Positions 20,033-29,459 of a stretch of DNA of 64,000 bases are shown one piece after another. Source of the stretch: a virus; the IMG/VR virus record IMGVR_UViG_3300033141_002573, positions 42,726 to 106,725 of that record, one strand, 5' to 3'. Positions within the stretch are counted from its first letter, which is position 1. Each line of letters opens with the position of its first letter. A model generated the notes under the pieces. The model saw nothing but the letters and a program-made list of their open reading frames with translations. It did not search any database and was not told the DNA's origin. The translations under genes were made by a program, and so were the position numbers.

Positions 20033-20755
20033 TCATTTCTCCCCATCAACAGACTCGAACTCAGCATCTATTACCTCAACATCAAACGCTTCCACAGCCC
20101 CAACGGGTGCCGCATTAAGCAACCCAGCACTGTGAACGGCGGCGTCCGCTTCTCTCTCCTTCGCAGCCACCTCACGGAGACGTATCTCCATTTCAGCCTC
20201 CCACCGAGCACGAAGTTCAGGCTCTTCAGTCAATGCCCGCATCTCCCTAAGCAACTTCACCTGAAGACCAGGCTCCTTGGAGGTACGAAGCAAGTGGTCT
20301 ACAAGACGTATCATAAGGGAACGGTACTCCTCATAAGACCGTTCCCTCCAGTGCATAACGACATCACGGAAGTCCTTCGTGGACATAGCCTCGAGATCAG
20401 CAGGACGTATCCCAAGGAATGTGGCAGCCTCCGCGTAGGTTAGGCCTCTCCCTATCAGGTACGCCGCCTGGAACGCAGTAGGATCGAGGTTCTTGGGAGG
20501 CGCAAGCCCAAATATCTCACCGAACCTCTCCTCGGCCAGCCTTCTTCTCGCATCGTCCTGGTCGAACGGGAGTTCATCAAGCTGCGCACGAAGGGACTCC
20601 ATCCGCTCTACCATCTCAGCCGACTGCTTCAACTTCTCCTTTACCCAGTCCGCGTCTGCCACAGACGGAGGTGTCCTGTCGTCTATAACATCGTTGGACG
20701 CCGCTGACATACCTGCAATAAGTTCCAGCGCTTTCTGCTTCTCATCGTTTCCCAA
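20033..20755 (-). CDS. Probable terminase small subunit
   Basis: HTH (AAYLIGRGLTYAEAATFLGI) plus helical oligomerisation region; immediately upstream of terL. Confidence 0.55.
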   Translation of the reverse strand: MGNDEKQKALELIAGMSAASNDVIDDRTPPSVADADWVKEKLKQSAEMVERMESLRAQLDELPFDQDDARRRLAEERFGEIFGLAPPKNLDPTAFQAAYLIGRGLTYAEAATFLGIRPADLEAMSTKDFRDVVMHWRERSYEEYRSLMIRLVDHLLRTSKEPGLQVKLLREMRALTEEPELRARWEAEMEIRLREVAAKEREADAAVHSAGLLNAAPVGAVEAFDVEVIDAEFESVDGEK

Positions 20756-21353
20756 GGTTCTTAACCCCCTGGCGTGCCGCTTCTAGTTTAACAGCATCAG
20801 GCCCCAATGCCACCCATGCCCACACAGTCTTCCACGGTAGACCCCTCCATGCCTTGGGCCTTATCAAACGTCTCACACGGAACCACAGTTTCATCCGCAA
20901 GACATCCTCGTAGGGCACGAAGAAGTCAGACATGGAATTGACATATCGCCTGCCACGGATGGCACCTATACGAACCAAGTGCTTGACACTCCTATCGGAT
21001 ATACCCAACCACCGAATCACATCCTCAGAACTACACCACCTCGCCACTTCCCAAAGTTCCGCAATATGAAAACGTCCATTGTGCATGTGAAACGCAGCAC
21101 GATACTCAGGTGCTGTTTCCATCTTACGAAGCAGTTTAGTGTGGCTAATCCCAAGGATGCGGGCAGCGTCTTTACTACTTACCCATGGCGAGCCGCCCTT
21201 CACCCACTTCACCAGGATACCGTATGCTATCTCGGCCCCAGCAACTGTCCCGGTGAAAGCAGCGGGGCGTCTGGACCAATGAAACGTTCGGTTCTTCGAA
21301 TACCCTTTATCCAAAACGTTACAATGTTCCTTAACGTATGGTTGATCGCCCAT
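20742..21353 (-). CDS. Tandem winged-HTH DNA-binding protein
   Basis: Two excisionase/MerR-like HTH repeats: VSSKDAARILGIS and CSSEDVIRWLGISDRSVKHLVRIGAIRG. Confidence 0.6.
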   Translation of the reverse strand: MGDQPYVKEHCNVLDKGYSKNRTFHWSRRPAAFTGTVAGAEIAYGILVKWVKGGSPWVSSKDAARILGISHTKLLRKMETAPEYRAAFHMHNGRFHIAELWEVARWCSSEDVIRWLGISDRSVKHLVRIGAIRGRRYVNSMSDFFVPYEDVLRMKLWFRVRRLIRPKAWRGLPWKTVWAWVALGPDAVKLEAARQGVKNLGKR

Positions 21354-21964
21354 TCCACATTCACATTCTTTTTTCTGACTATCTCCAGTTCAGTACCAAT
21401 GTAGCCCTCCGTTGCTATCCTGTTCCATGTGCCACTAAGTCTCACCGCCACCACGTTCGCTCCGGCAAGTATCAGAGAGCAATATCTCCACCACTGAACC
21501 CTGGGAGGTCCGTTCAACAAACAAACGTCTTTTCCCTCCAACTGCTCATACGGAACTGGAGGCTTTCTCCCCGGAACCCCAAGGGTCGTGGAATCAACCC
21601 CCACAATAACGTTCTCAGGAAGGTCTGGCACAATGTGCCTCCCCGCGCATGGCACAACGACATTCTTAACCACACCACTCAGAAACTCAACCCATGGCTT
21701 TGCCTCACTGTAACTATAATACCACAAACCCGACAAAAATGTCCAGTCGACCTTCACCGACGCTAGAAAGTGTCCGACGCTCCCCTTTTTTATCTTAGCG
21801 TCGACATCTATCCCGAACAACTGTTCCCTTTTCACCTGCTTGTTTCTATTCCACGCATATGGGCACTTGTCTACGATGCCAATGTACCCTCCAAACTGTG
21901 TCTCGACTACCTTCCTTGCCCGACGGGTACATGCACCTACTATTATCTGAGGAAGCTGAAGCAT
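21227..21964 (-). CDS. Hypothetical protein
   Basis: 245-aa ORF coupled to the upstream gene (shared base at 21964); 3' end overlaps the HTH gene. Confidence 0.5.
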   Translation of the reverse strand: MLQLPQIIVGACTRRARKVVETQFGGYIGIVDKCPYAWNRNKQVKREQLFGIDVDAKIKKGSVGHFLASVKVDWTFLSGLWYYSYSEAKPWVEFLSGVVKNVVVPCAGRHIVPDLPENVIVGVDSTTLGVPGRKPPVPYEQLEGKDVCLLNGPPRVQWWRYCSLILAGANVVAVRLSGTWNRIATEGYIGTELEIVRKKNVNVEWAINHTLRNIVTFWIKGIRRTERFIGPDAPLLSPGQLLGPR

Positions 21965-22281
21965 TAGGGTCCCTCCCGAATAGCCTCATCGACCTTCAAC
22001 CCCTCCCTAATCCCAAGTTCCCTCCCCAATGTAAACATGGCAAGAAGCCACTGGCTTGCTATGCTTTGACCCAGAAATGGGTGGGCGGCTATCCCCGCTA
22101 CCAGCATACCTCCAAGGATTTCACAGAGTTGGTTTCTCTCAGGCCAGAAATCTATTACGGCCTTATCCAGCGCCTCCCCGATCATCCTTGTCGTATGATC
22201 GGTTACCTTTTCCACGTTCTCCTGAACGCGAGCGGACCATATCTTCCTTACCATAACATCAAAGTCGTCCCTCGTTATCAC
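21964..22281 (-). CDS. Hypothetical protein
   Basis: 105 aa, GGAGG RBS, abuts methyltransferase stop. Confidence 0.6.
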   Translation of the reverse strand: MITRDDFDVMVRKIWSARVQENVEKVTDHTTRMIGEALDKAVIDFWPERNQLCEILGGMLVAGIAAHPFLGQSIASQWLLAMFTLGRELGIREGLKVDEAIREGP

Positions 22282-22282
22282 G

Positions 22283-22999
22283 CTACCAACCTCCCATTTC
22301 GTGTTCTATCCTCAGAGCGGCCATCTTACAGTATTGCTCATCCCTCTCAATCCCGATACACCTCCTCCCCATGCGGTAGCAAGCCACCAATGTGGTTCCA
22401 CTCCCCAGGAATGGATCCAGAACCATATTCCCAGGGTCTGACCACGCTCTAAGCACGGTGGATGGTAGCCACACAGGGAAGGCAGCAGGGTGATCCTTCC
22501 CTGCTGTATCACCCTCACTACTATCCCATACCCCCCTTCTGGTGAGTTTCCTGTCCCTAAACACCTCCTTGGAGTTGGGTGGTTTCCTGAACGTCCAAAT
22601 ATACTCCCACTCAGCCGCAGGCACAGAGAGGTTAATACCAGATGGACCTAGAGTGATGGTAGAGAACTTCTTCTTCCATATCCGCCTACTGTGCATTACC
22701 CACCCCGTCATCCTGAATGCGCGATTGTACAACTCGGCCATTGTCCTCCAATACTTTGAGGTCTCCCCGAAGTTCACCACGAAGAAGGCCCCAGGGCGGA
22801 ACTTGGGTATGCTTACTGCCCCAACCATACTAATCAGCAACAGTAACCCATTCCATTCCAACCCACTTTCGTACTCCTTCCCCAGGGCGTAGGGAGGTGA
22901 CGTAACCCCCAGATCAAACTCAACGTCCAACTGGGGTATTACCTCGAGGCAGTCACCACAGTAGATGCTCAAGCCCTGCTTCTCCCAGTAGGGTTCCAT
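22283..22999 (-). CDS. DNA methyltransferase, beta class, probably N4-cytosine
   Basis: Motif IV SPPY before motif I DPFLGSGTT; HPAAFP. Start trimmed to ATG 22999 (MEPYW) by similarity to paralogs. Confidence 0.9.
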   Translation of the reverse strand: MEPYWEKQGLSIYCGDCLEVIPQLDVEFDLGVTSPPYALGKEYESGLEWNGLLLLISMVGAVSIPKFRPGAFFVVNFGETSKYWRTMAELYNRAFRMTGWVMHSRRIWKKKFSTITLGPSGINLSVPAAEWEYIWTFRKPPNSKEVFRDRKLTRRGVWDSSEGDTAGKDHPAAFPVWLPSTVLRAWSDPGNMVLDPFLGSGTTLVACYRMGRRCIGIERDEQYCKMAALRIEHEMGGW

Positions 23000-23274
23000 G
23001 GTAAGGAGTATAGCAAGTGGCACGTTCAATGTCAACCTATCCCATGCGCTGCCAGGAGCATCCGTAGAGGAAGCGGAGGCAAATGTGGGGGAAAACGCCT
23101 GGGGGAGTGGGGCAGATGTGGGGGTAGAACGGGAGAAAGACGGGAGCGCCTGTGGAATACAGAAGGTAACGAAATGGTGAGAGGCCTGTGTCGAGATAGG
23201 GAGGGTATGTGACAAAATGGTGAAAGCCCCGTGTCCGCGCACGCGGGATAGGGTGGGGAGGGGTCTATTACCGG

Positions 23275-23354
23275 GTCGAACGAATGTTCGACTAATCATA
23301 TACATATTACGCCCTAGTTGCCCGAACGTCCGCTATACGGAAGCTATAGCGGAC
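23275..23354. other. Two hairpins in the divergent intergenic region
   Basis: GTCGAAC/GTTCGAC (23275-23292) and GTCCGCTATA/TATAGCGGAC (23328-23354). Confidence 0.5.
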
Positions 23355-23467
23355 AAGCAATAAGGATACAAAGATTAGTATGTTTCTTGCTTATACCCCT
23401 CCCTCCTCTTTCACATTTCCTTCAAGAAAACTCTCCCTTTCCGTACTCGAACTGTGAGCAAAACTAG

Positions 23468-23496
23468 AGGACAAAAGCCTCGCTTTGTGGTATACT
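23468..23496 (+). promoter_or_regulatory. Extended -10 sigma70-type promoter upstream of sigma-like gene
   Basis: TGg-TATACT at 23488-23496 with AGGACA 17 bp upstream. Confidence 0.5.
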
Positions 23497-23710
23497 GCTA
23501 CCGTAGAAGCAAGCAAGCACACACCTCAAGCGCAAGCTGCAAGCGCAGGGAAGGGAGGACAGAGGGCAAGCGACACTTTCCTATTCCGAACCCTCGCAGG
23601 TAGAATCGACGGAAGGGAGGGAAGGTGGACAGTCAAGGCAGTCAAGCAGGTAGACAGAAGGTCCTTCGCTCAAGTAAGCAAGCAAGCAACGGAAGGAAGG
23701 TCAAAGGTCA

Positions 23711-24604
23711 ATGTCCTCAATCACCACAATCGAGCGGTCAACAATAAGGCGAATCGTAGTGTCCTCAATCTATACGGTCAACGGAGGTGAAGCACCTCAA
23801 GACATTATCGAGGAGGTAGAAGGGGACATTTTGGCAGACTTGGCAGAAGCGGATATTACCCTTGACCGGGCACAATTAATAAGGGTATACGCCAAGGTCA
23901 ACGACAGAGAGAGGGTCGAGCAGTACATAAGGGACACTCGACGCGGAATGGTTCGGAAACAGATTTCTGACGCAACCAGGAACCTGCTTCGCTATCGAGC
24001 TATCGAAAGGGCGAGGTTCTGTATAGTCACCGTTGCGGTTCCTGTAGACCTCAAGCAACGAATAACGGTAAACAGCTTGCTGCAAATGGTAAGAAGTGGC
24101 CGGGCTTTCGTAGACCCGGCTTCATACAGCGACACAACAACAAGGCTCGAGGAATTGGCAAGCCTTTCCGCTATACCGGGGGTCTCAATCAAGATAGAAA
24201 AGGGGAAGGAGGTTAATCCCCTCCTTAGTGCGGTCAAGAAGCTAGCATTGCGTTCCGCGAAGTGGCACCTCAAGTTCCGACAGGCAGAACCCCTCTGGTC
24301 ACTAGAGGAGGAACACAAGGACAAGATTCCCCTCTGCCGAATCGAAGAGGAGGCAGAGGAGAGAATCGGAAACAAGGACTTCACGGCAAAGGTGGAGGAG
24401 GTGCTCAATAGGTTCGCGGAGAAGGAGGGGAAGGGAGAAGGGTACAAGGGAAAGCTTGCCAAGACACTTTGGCTTCGGATGGACGGGCTTACCGAAGGCG
24501 AGGTAGCGAACAGACTCAAGGTGACAGAGAGAAGCGTGAGGACTTATGTCAAGGACCTCAAGAAGGCATTTGGGGAGGAAGTGGGACTCAACGCGGTAGG
24601 ATAG
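23711..24604 (+). CDS. Sigma-70-family (ECF-like) factor or related HTH regulator
   Basis: C-terminal region-4 HTH (LWLRMDGLTEGEVANRLKVTERSVRTYVKDLKK); LLSAVKKLALRSAKWHLKFR...SLEE resembles region 2.4; a motif copy lies in its own leader. Confidence 0.65.
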   Translation: MSSITTIERSTIRRIVVSSIYTVNGGEAPQDIIEEVEGDILADLAEADITLDRAQLIRVYAKVNDRERVEQYIRDTRRGMVRKQISDATRNLLRYRAIERARFCIVTVAVPVDLKQRITVNSLLQMVRSGRAFVDPASYSDTTTRLEELASLSAIPGVSIKIEKGKEVNPLLSAVKKLALRSAKWHLKFRQAEPLWSLEEEHKDKIPLCRIEEEAEERIGNKDFTAKVEEVLNRFAEKEGKGEGYKGKLAKTLWLRMDGLTEGEVANRLKVTERSVRTYVKDLKKAFGEEVGLNAVG

Positions 24605-24611
24605 AGCAAGC

Positions 24612-24660
24612 GTAAAGAAACAAACCCCTTGCAGGTTCAACCTGCAAGGGGTTTTCTTTT
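24612..24660. terminator. Bidirectional intrinsic terminator
   Basis: Perfect 14-bp stem AAACCCCTTGCAGG/CCTGCAAGGGGTTT with TCTTTT on the right and AAAGAAAC on the left (U-rich on the minus strand). Confidence 0.85.
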
Positions 24661-24661
24661 C

Positions 24662-24870
24662 GACTTGGGTTGGGGGTAGGGGTTGGGGTTGGGGGTAGGG
24701 GTAGGGGTAGGGGTAGGGGTAGGGGTAGGGGTAGGGGTAGGGGTTGGGGTAGGGGTTGGGGTAGGGGTTGGGGTAGGGGTAGGGGTTGGGGTAGGGGTAG
24801 GGGTAGGGGTAGGGGTAGGGGTTGGGGTTGGGGTTGGGGGTAGGGGTAGGGGTAGGGGTAGGGGTAGGGG
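24662..24870 (+). repeat. Telomere-like (GGGGTA/GGGGTT)n hexamer array, G-quadruplex prone
   Basis: About 33 G4-5 runs separated by TA or TT over ~205 bp (count approximate). Confidence 0.95.
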
Positions 24871-24924
24871 ACCTTCCCCTTCCCCTTGGACTTGGGTTGG
24901 GGAACCCCTTCCCCTCCAACCCTT

Positions 24925-25069
24925 TTACCTGCGACAAGGAGAAATAGGAAAGTCCTTCCCCTTCCCCTTGGACTTGGGTTGGGGTAGGGGGTTGGGGACC
25001 TTCCCCTTCCCCTTGGCCCTTGGCCCTTGGCCTTCAACCCTTTTACCTGCGACAAGGAGAAATAGGAAA
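24925..25069 (-). promoter_or_regulatory. Two leftward copies of the 27-bp motif pointing into the G-array
   Basis: TTTCCTATTTCTCCTTGTCGCAGGTAA on the minus strand at 24925-24951 and 25043-25069; each followed after 6 nt by TGGAGG or TGAAGG, as for the plus-strand copies. Confidence 0.8.
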
Positions 25070-25192
25070 GTCTATAATCAATTAATAGCACCTCGAAAAG
25101 TTCTCCAACACTTTCCTATTTCTCCTTGTCGCAAGTAGTATCAACGGAAGGGAAAAGACTGCAAGCAGTCAAACAGAAGGGAGAAACAGAAC

Positions 25193-25519
25193 ATGTCAAG
25201 GTCAATCTGTAAGCTGTATGCCGAAGTAGAACCTGAGTACAAGGAGGAGGTGCTGCAAATCGCCTCAATCGCGGAAAATGCAATAGCAGGAATTGACGAG
25301 TGCTTGCTAAACGAAGGAGAAAGAGTCACCGTCTACGGTTCCGACCAAGGGCCTTCGGTGATTACAGAACTAGGGGAAGAGGTTGGAACCAATGATAGCG
25401 AACTTGCTACATGGTATTCTGACCTCCTTGAAGAGGAGGTGAACCTGCTGCTACCGAAAGGGTTTGTAGCATACTACGAAGACAATTCCCTTTGGGTAGA
25501 GCACCTTGAGGAGGGGTAG
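25193..25519 (+). CDS. Acidic hypothetical protein, paralog family A
   Basis: C-terminal LLPKGFVAYYEDNSLWV motif shared with 26720 and 29460. Confidence 0.7.
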   Translation: MSRSICKLYAEVEPEYKEEVLQIASIAENAIAGIDECLLNEGERVTVYGSDQGPSVITELGEEVGTNDSELATWYSDLLEEEVNLLLPKGFVAYYEDNSLWVEHLEEG

Positions 25520-25552
25520 TTTCCTATTCTTCCTTATCGCAGGTAGTAAAGG

Positions 25553-27090
25553 TGACCGGGTGAAGGGTTCCGAACAAGGAACCCTTCGCCGGGTGTATCC
25601 TATACGGAAGGGAGAAGAGGGAAATGTGGAAAAGGAAACCTACAGCAAGGGGAATAACAGAGGGTCGAATCATGTGGTGGGGAAAAGAGAAGGTGGAGGT
25701 CGTTCGCTGTTATGGTGCAACGACCTGTGTAAAGTGCGTAAAACTGATATACGTTCCTACCAAGGACCTCGACTTTCCTGTCGTTGAACCTCGCAAGTAG
25801 TATATATGAAGGGAGAGAAAACTCATGGAAATAATAGACAAGAGGACAGGTCTTTCAATGAAAGACCTGCATATTCTCCTCTATCAGGTTCACAGGTTGT
25901 CGGAGGCACTACATGAAGCCTGCAAAGAACTTGCCCAATTGAAGTCTATCCGAGAAAACCCGGAGGGCCTAGATACTGACGGGCTTCGGGTGAAGACAAC
26001 TATGGTTGAAAGGGCGGTTCTCCAAAGGGTGGACAGAAACAGGGTTCGGCGGTCTATCCCTTGGGAGGGCGAATACTGAAACGGTGTGGAGGTTGTGCTT
26101 CTCAAATCACACGTATGATGACCGGGTGAAGGGTTCCGAACAAGGAACCCTTCGCCGGGTGTATCATAACACAAGGAGGTCAGCACTTTCCTATTCCACC
26201 ACGTCGCAGGTAGTAAAGGTGAAGGGAGAACAAAAAGGAGGGAAAAGAAATGAAAGCAGTGCTGTGGTACGCAAGCAGATGGGGTTACGAAATACGTGTC
26301 GTGGACATGGACACGGGAGAGGAGCTTGACCACTATCAAGCAGGCAACCACAAGCTTGATTCTGGACAACAAGCAGCGCGAGGAAGTCGGTGGGCCATGT
26401 CCTTAAGAGACATAGTGAAGGATGCGCGGGAAACCGCGCAGGACATGGCAGACGAGTGGGGGGTCCCACACGAAAATATCCTCCTTGACGAGGAATGCGA
26501 GGAGGACACTACAGAGGTCGACGGGTTCGTAGAAAGCCTCCGCAATGAATGGTGCCTCGATGATGCGGGCATTGAGGCTACCCTTGATGAAATGGGATTA
26601 GTTGCACTCTATAGGTGCAATAATCCCCTTCATCGAGGCTTGTTTGCGCGAAACAGGAATGACCCGTCAAAGCTGACCTGCGGGTGTTCTGTGGAGAGTG
26701 GGGAACTTGTAGCATATGAGTGAAGGGAGAGGTTATGATGAGCGAAATAGCAGACTACGTTGAGCGGCTGGCGAGGGAAATCGCCAGTGACCAGAAGGTT
26801 CCTCCGTGGGGAGAGGTGGGTGTGTGGGGAAGAGAGGAGGAAAATCCGGCCCTTGTTATTCTGGAGGAGGCTGAAGCGCCTCCGACCACTACGGAACTGG
26901 AAGGGGAGGCATATGCAGCATTGCTTCTCTCTAAGCTGAATGCGTTCCTCCCTCCAGCGCTTTGTGCATACTGGAGAAATGGACTCTTGATGGTGAAGGA
27001 CATTAGCTAACTACTCCCTCCCTCCCTTCCACCGGTCATGATGACCGGGTAAAGGGCCTTTTCCCGAGGCCCTTTGCCGGGTGTATCATG
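25553..27090 (+). repeat. Hairpin element family, copies 1-3 (25553-25599, 26119-26165, 27037-27090)
   Basis: GACCGGGT-[12-13 bp stem, 6-7 nt loop]-GCCGGGTGTATC; copies 1 and 2 identical over 47 bp, copy 3 has a different but complementary stem. Confidence 0.85.
26720..27010 (+). CDS. Acidic hypothetical protein, paralog family A
   Basis: FLPPALCAYWRNGLLMV C-terminal motif. Confidence 0.65.
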   Translation: MKGEVMMSEIADYVERLAREIASDQKVPPWGEVGVWGREEENPALVILEEAEAPPTTTELEGEAYAALLLSKLNAFLPPALCAYWRNGLLMVKDIS

Positions 27091-27894
27091 AAGTGAACCA
27101 GTTTCCTATTTTCTACCCTCGCAGGTAGAGCAGATGAAGGGAGGTGACATATGAGCATACCCAATATTTCTGAAGCGGCGCAGGATTACCGTGATAGCCT
27201 CCGCAAGGAGGGGCGGCTCTATGCTTCATTCGGCCCGGTGCCGGAGGAAGCGGTTCCGACTCTGCTGGAGATGCTAGAAGACCCGCTCCAGTGGGCATTT
27301 GTTCAAGGCGTCTACCTAGAAAGCGATAGCTTGCCCGATGAGTTGGAGGCCGCCTGCAAACGTGCCTTCGGACCCCTACCATACTGATTGGGAGGTGCTA
27401 TCATGAAGTGCGAGGTGTGCCGTAAGCGACCCGCAACAGCAGTCATGAGGTACACATACACCGTACCTGATGACTGTCCCGACCTGCTGGTATGCGATGA
27501 ATGTGCAACGTTCATTCAAGAACGAGAGGGGGACTGCATGGCAAGGTTCGACCTTGCAGACAACAATAAGTAAAGGGAGGTTGAACGTAGTTTCCTGTCA
27601 GGTCACGTCGCAGGTAGAGTATACGGAGGGAGGTGTTCATAATGAGAACCTTACTTCGCGACGTGGAGGGTCCCACAAAAATTGCCGTTGTTGAGGTCGA
27701 CAACTGGTATCATGTCGAACTCAACTGGGAGAATGAAGGCACTCACGTCAGTCAATGCCGCCTTGCCCGAACCGCAGGAGGTGCCTTGGACCTGGCCGCG
27801 CACCTTGCAGCAGTGAGGCTGGGCAAGGGAAGGTGGGCCGTAGCAGCCTTCATCACACCGTAGCAAGTAGAGAGAAACTGAAGGGAGGCCACAA

Positions 27895-28158
27895 ATGGCA
27901 CTGACACCAAATGAAATGATGGGGGTACTCGACGGGGCAAGGATAGTAAAGCATGACCCCGACCACGACGTGTTGTTTATCTGGCACGGAGGGCACGGGG
28001 TCAGTGGCTTTATCTGCGATGAGAACGGTGAGTGGGTGGAGGCAGTTTACTACAACACAGGAGACTTTGGGCAAAGGGATGCGTCGGAGGAGGACGTTAT
28101 CAGTAGCATTGAAGAACGTATATCCCATCTTGATGACCCCGAGTTTTGGGAAATGTAG
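27895..28158 (+). CDS. Hypothetical protein, paralog family B
   Basis: LDGARIVKHDPDHDVLFIWHGG matches 31325 LDGAMMVVYDEWHGTIWVWYGG. Confidence 0.7.
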   Translation: MALTPNEMMGVLDGARIVKHDPDHDVLFIWHGGHGVSGFICDENGEWVEAVYYNTGDFGQRDASEEDVISSIEERISHLDDPEFWEM

Positions 28159-29085
28159 AGTTTCCTATTCCGGGGCTTCGCAAGTAGTATAGGTGAAGGG
28201 AACCGTAAGGAGGGAGAAACAATGAAAAGGCGCACGGACCTGAAGCCCCAGGACATCCTGAAAACCAGAATCAAAAAGGGCAGAATGTTCCTGGGGCCAC
28301 CTTACGCAGGATGCTTCGGGGGAATGATGCCGTGTATTCTGCACAGCCGTCGAAGCGGGCTTTACCTTGTGGGGTTGGAAATGTTTGTGACAGAACTAGC
28401 GCCACGGCTATGGTACTGGGAGGGTAAACGAATCTACTTCATGGACGAAACGGCGCGTAAGCGCCGTGACCGTCGCAGGGCAGTATGGGTGTTCAAGACC
28501 GCGAAACCAGCAAAGAAAAGGTTCCTTGCAATGTGTGAGGAAGTGGAGGAGTACAACCGCCGCGCCCGTGAAAAAGCACGGGAGGCGATGAAGAAACTTG
28601 AATCTGACGACCCGTCCGTCCGCATTGAGGGCGCATTGGCGCTCAACGACCTCTGAGGGAGGGAGTACCATGAGTTATGACGAACCCGAATATGAGCGGG
28701 TGTGGAGGGCGGGGGACATTCAGGTATCAAGGCATGTTCACGGAACAGGAACCTGGAACAGCCCTCCGCCTTACGTCGCCTGGTACGGCACGTATGCAAC
28801 AGGGGCACAAACAGCAAAGGAAGCCTTGTGCTGGTTAGCAAGCATGGCTGCATTGGTGTGCTACAGGCTGACTGACAACGGGAAAGGAGGCGCAACGTGT
28901 TAAAGCATACGTACTACAGCAGGCGTCGTCCGTTCTGGTTGGGGGCCGGCAGTAGAATGTTGGAGGACCTTCCGCCTGACGGCAAGATAGAGTACATAGA
29001 GGCGCATTGTCTACCCGATGGCGTACTGGGAGGGGTCCGAACAAGTCATCCCCTAAGTGACGCTCTAGTCACAAGTTGGGACCTT

Positions 29086-29435
29086 GAGGAGGTGTGAATG
29101 ATTTTCCTGTTCAACAGCCTCGCAAGTAGGGAATGTGAAAGGGGACTAGGTAGTATGCCCAAGTTTGCAACCTTTGATGAGGCCAAGGAAACACTCAAAG
29201 CGTGGGACATTGGGGTGGCTATAGCCTTACACACAGGAGGACCACTCCCCAGCGAGGAAGACCGCGCTAAGGCTGCCGCAGCACAAGCCGACATAGCCGA
29301 CGCTTGGGTCGTGAGGGAGAGAGTCCGCATACTGTCACGCTCGCCGTTGCGCTCTGAAAGTGAAAAGGCACTACTTCGCCGAATCCTCGGCGAGGAGGTG
29401 TGAATGATTTTCCTGTTCAACAGCCTCGCAAGTAG
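29086..29435 (+). repeat. Identical 44-bp direct repeats flanking one gene
   Basis: GAGGAGGTGTGAATGATTTTCCTGTTCAACAGCCTCGCAAGTAG at 29086-29129 and 29392-29435. Confidence 0.9.
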
Positions 29436-29459
29436 AGAATATGAAAGGAGGCCTTGACA

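Noticed and set aside
23000-23305. N-terminal 102-aa extension of the m4C methyltransferase
   Set aside because: Paralogs start at M(E/K)PYW, and the extension is low-complexity intergenic DNA.
24302-25138. (GV)n, (YP)n and (PL/PQ)n repeat proteins in the ORF track
   Set aside because: These are by-products of a stop-free hexamer repeat; they run through a strong terminator or start inside the promoter motif, with no convincing RBS and start.
25506-26329. Repeated peptide DRVKGSEQGTLRRVY in two ORFs
   Set aside because: It is the translation of the identical 47-bp hairpin element, not a protein domain.
27844-27870. Additional promoter-motif copies (GCAAGTAG at 27863; CGCAGGTAG at 50932)
   Set aside because: They lack the upstream TTTCCT box at the fixed distance, so they were not counted.
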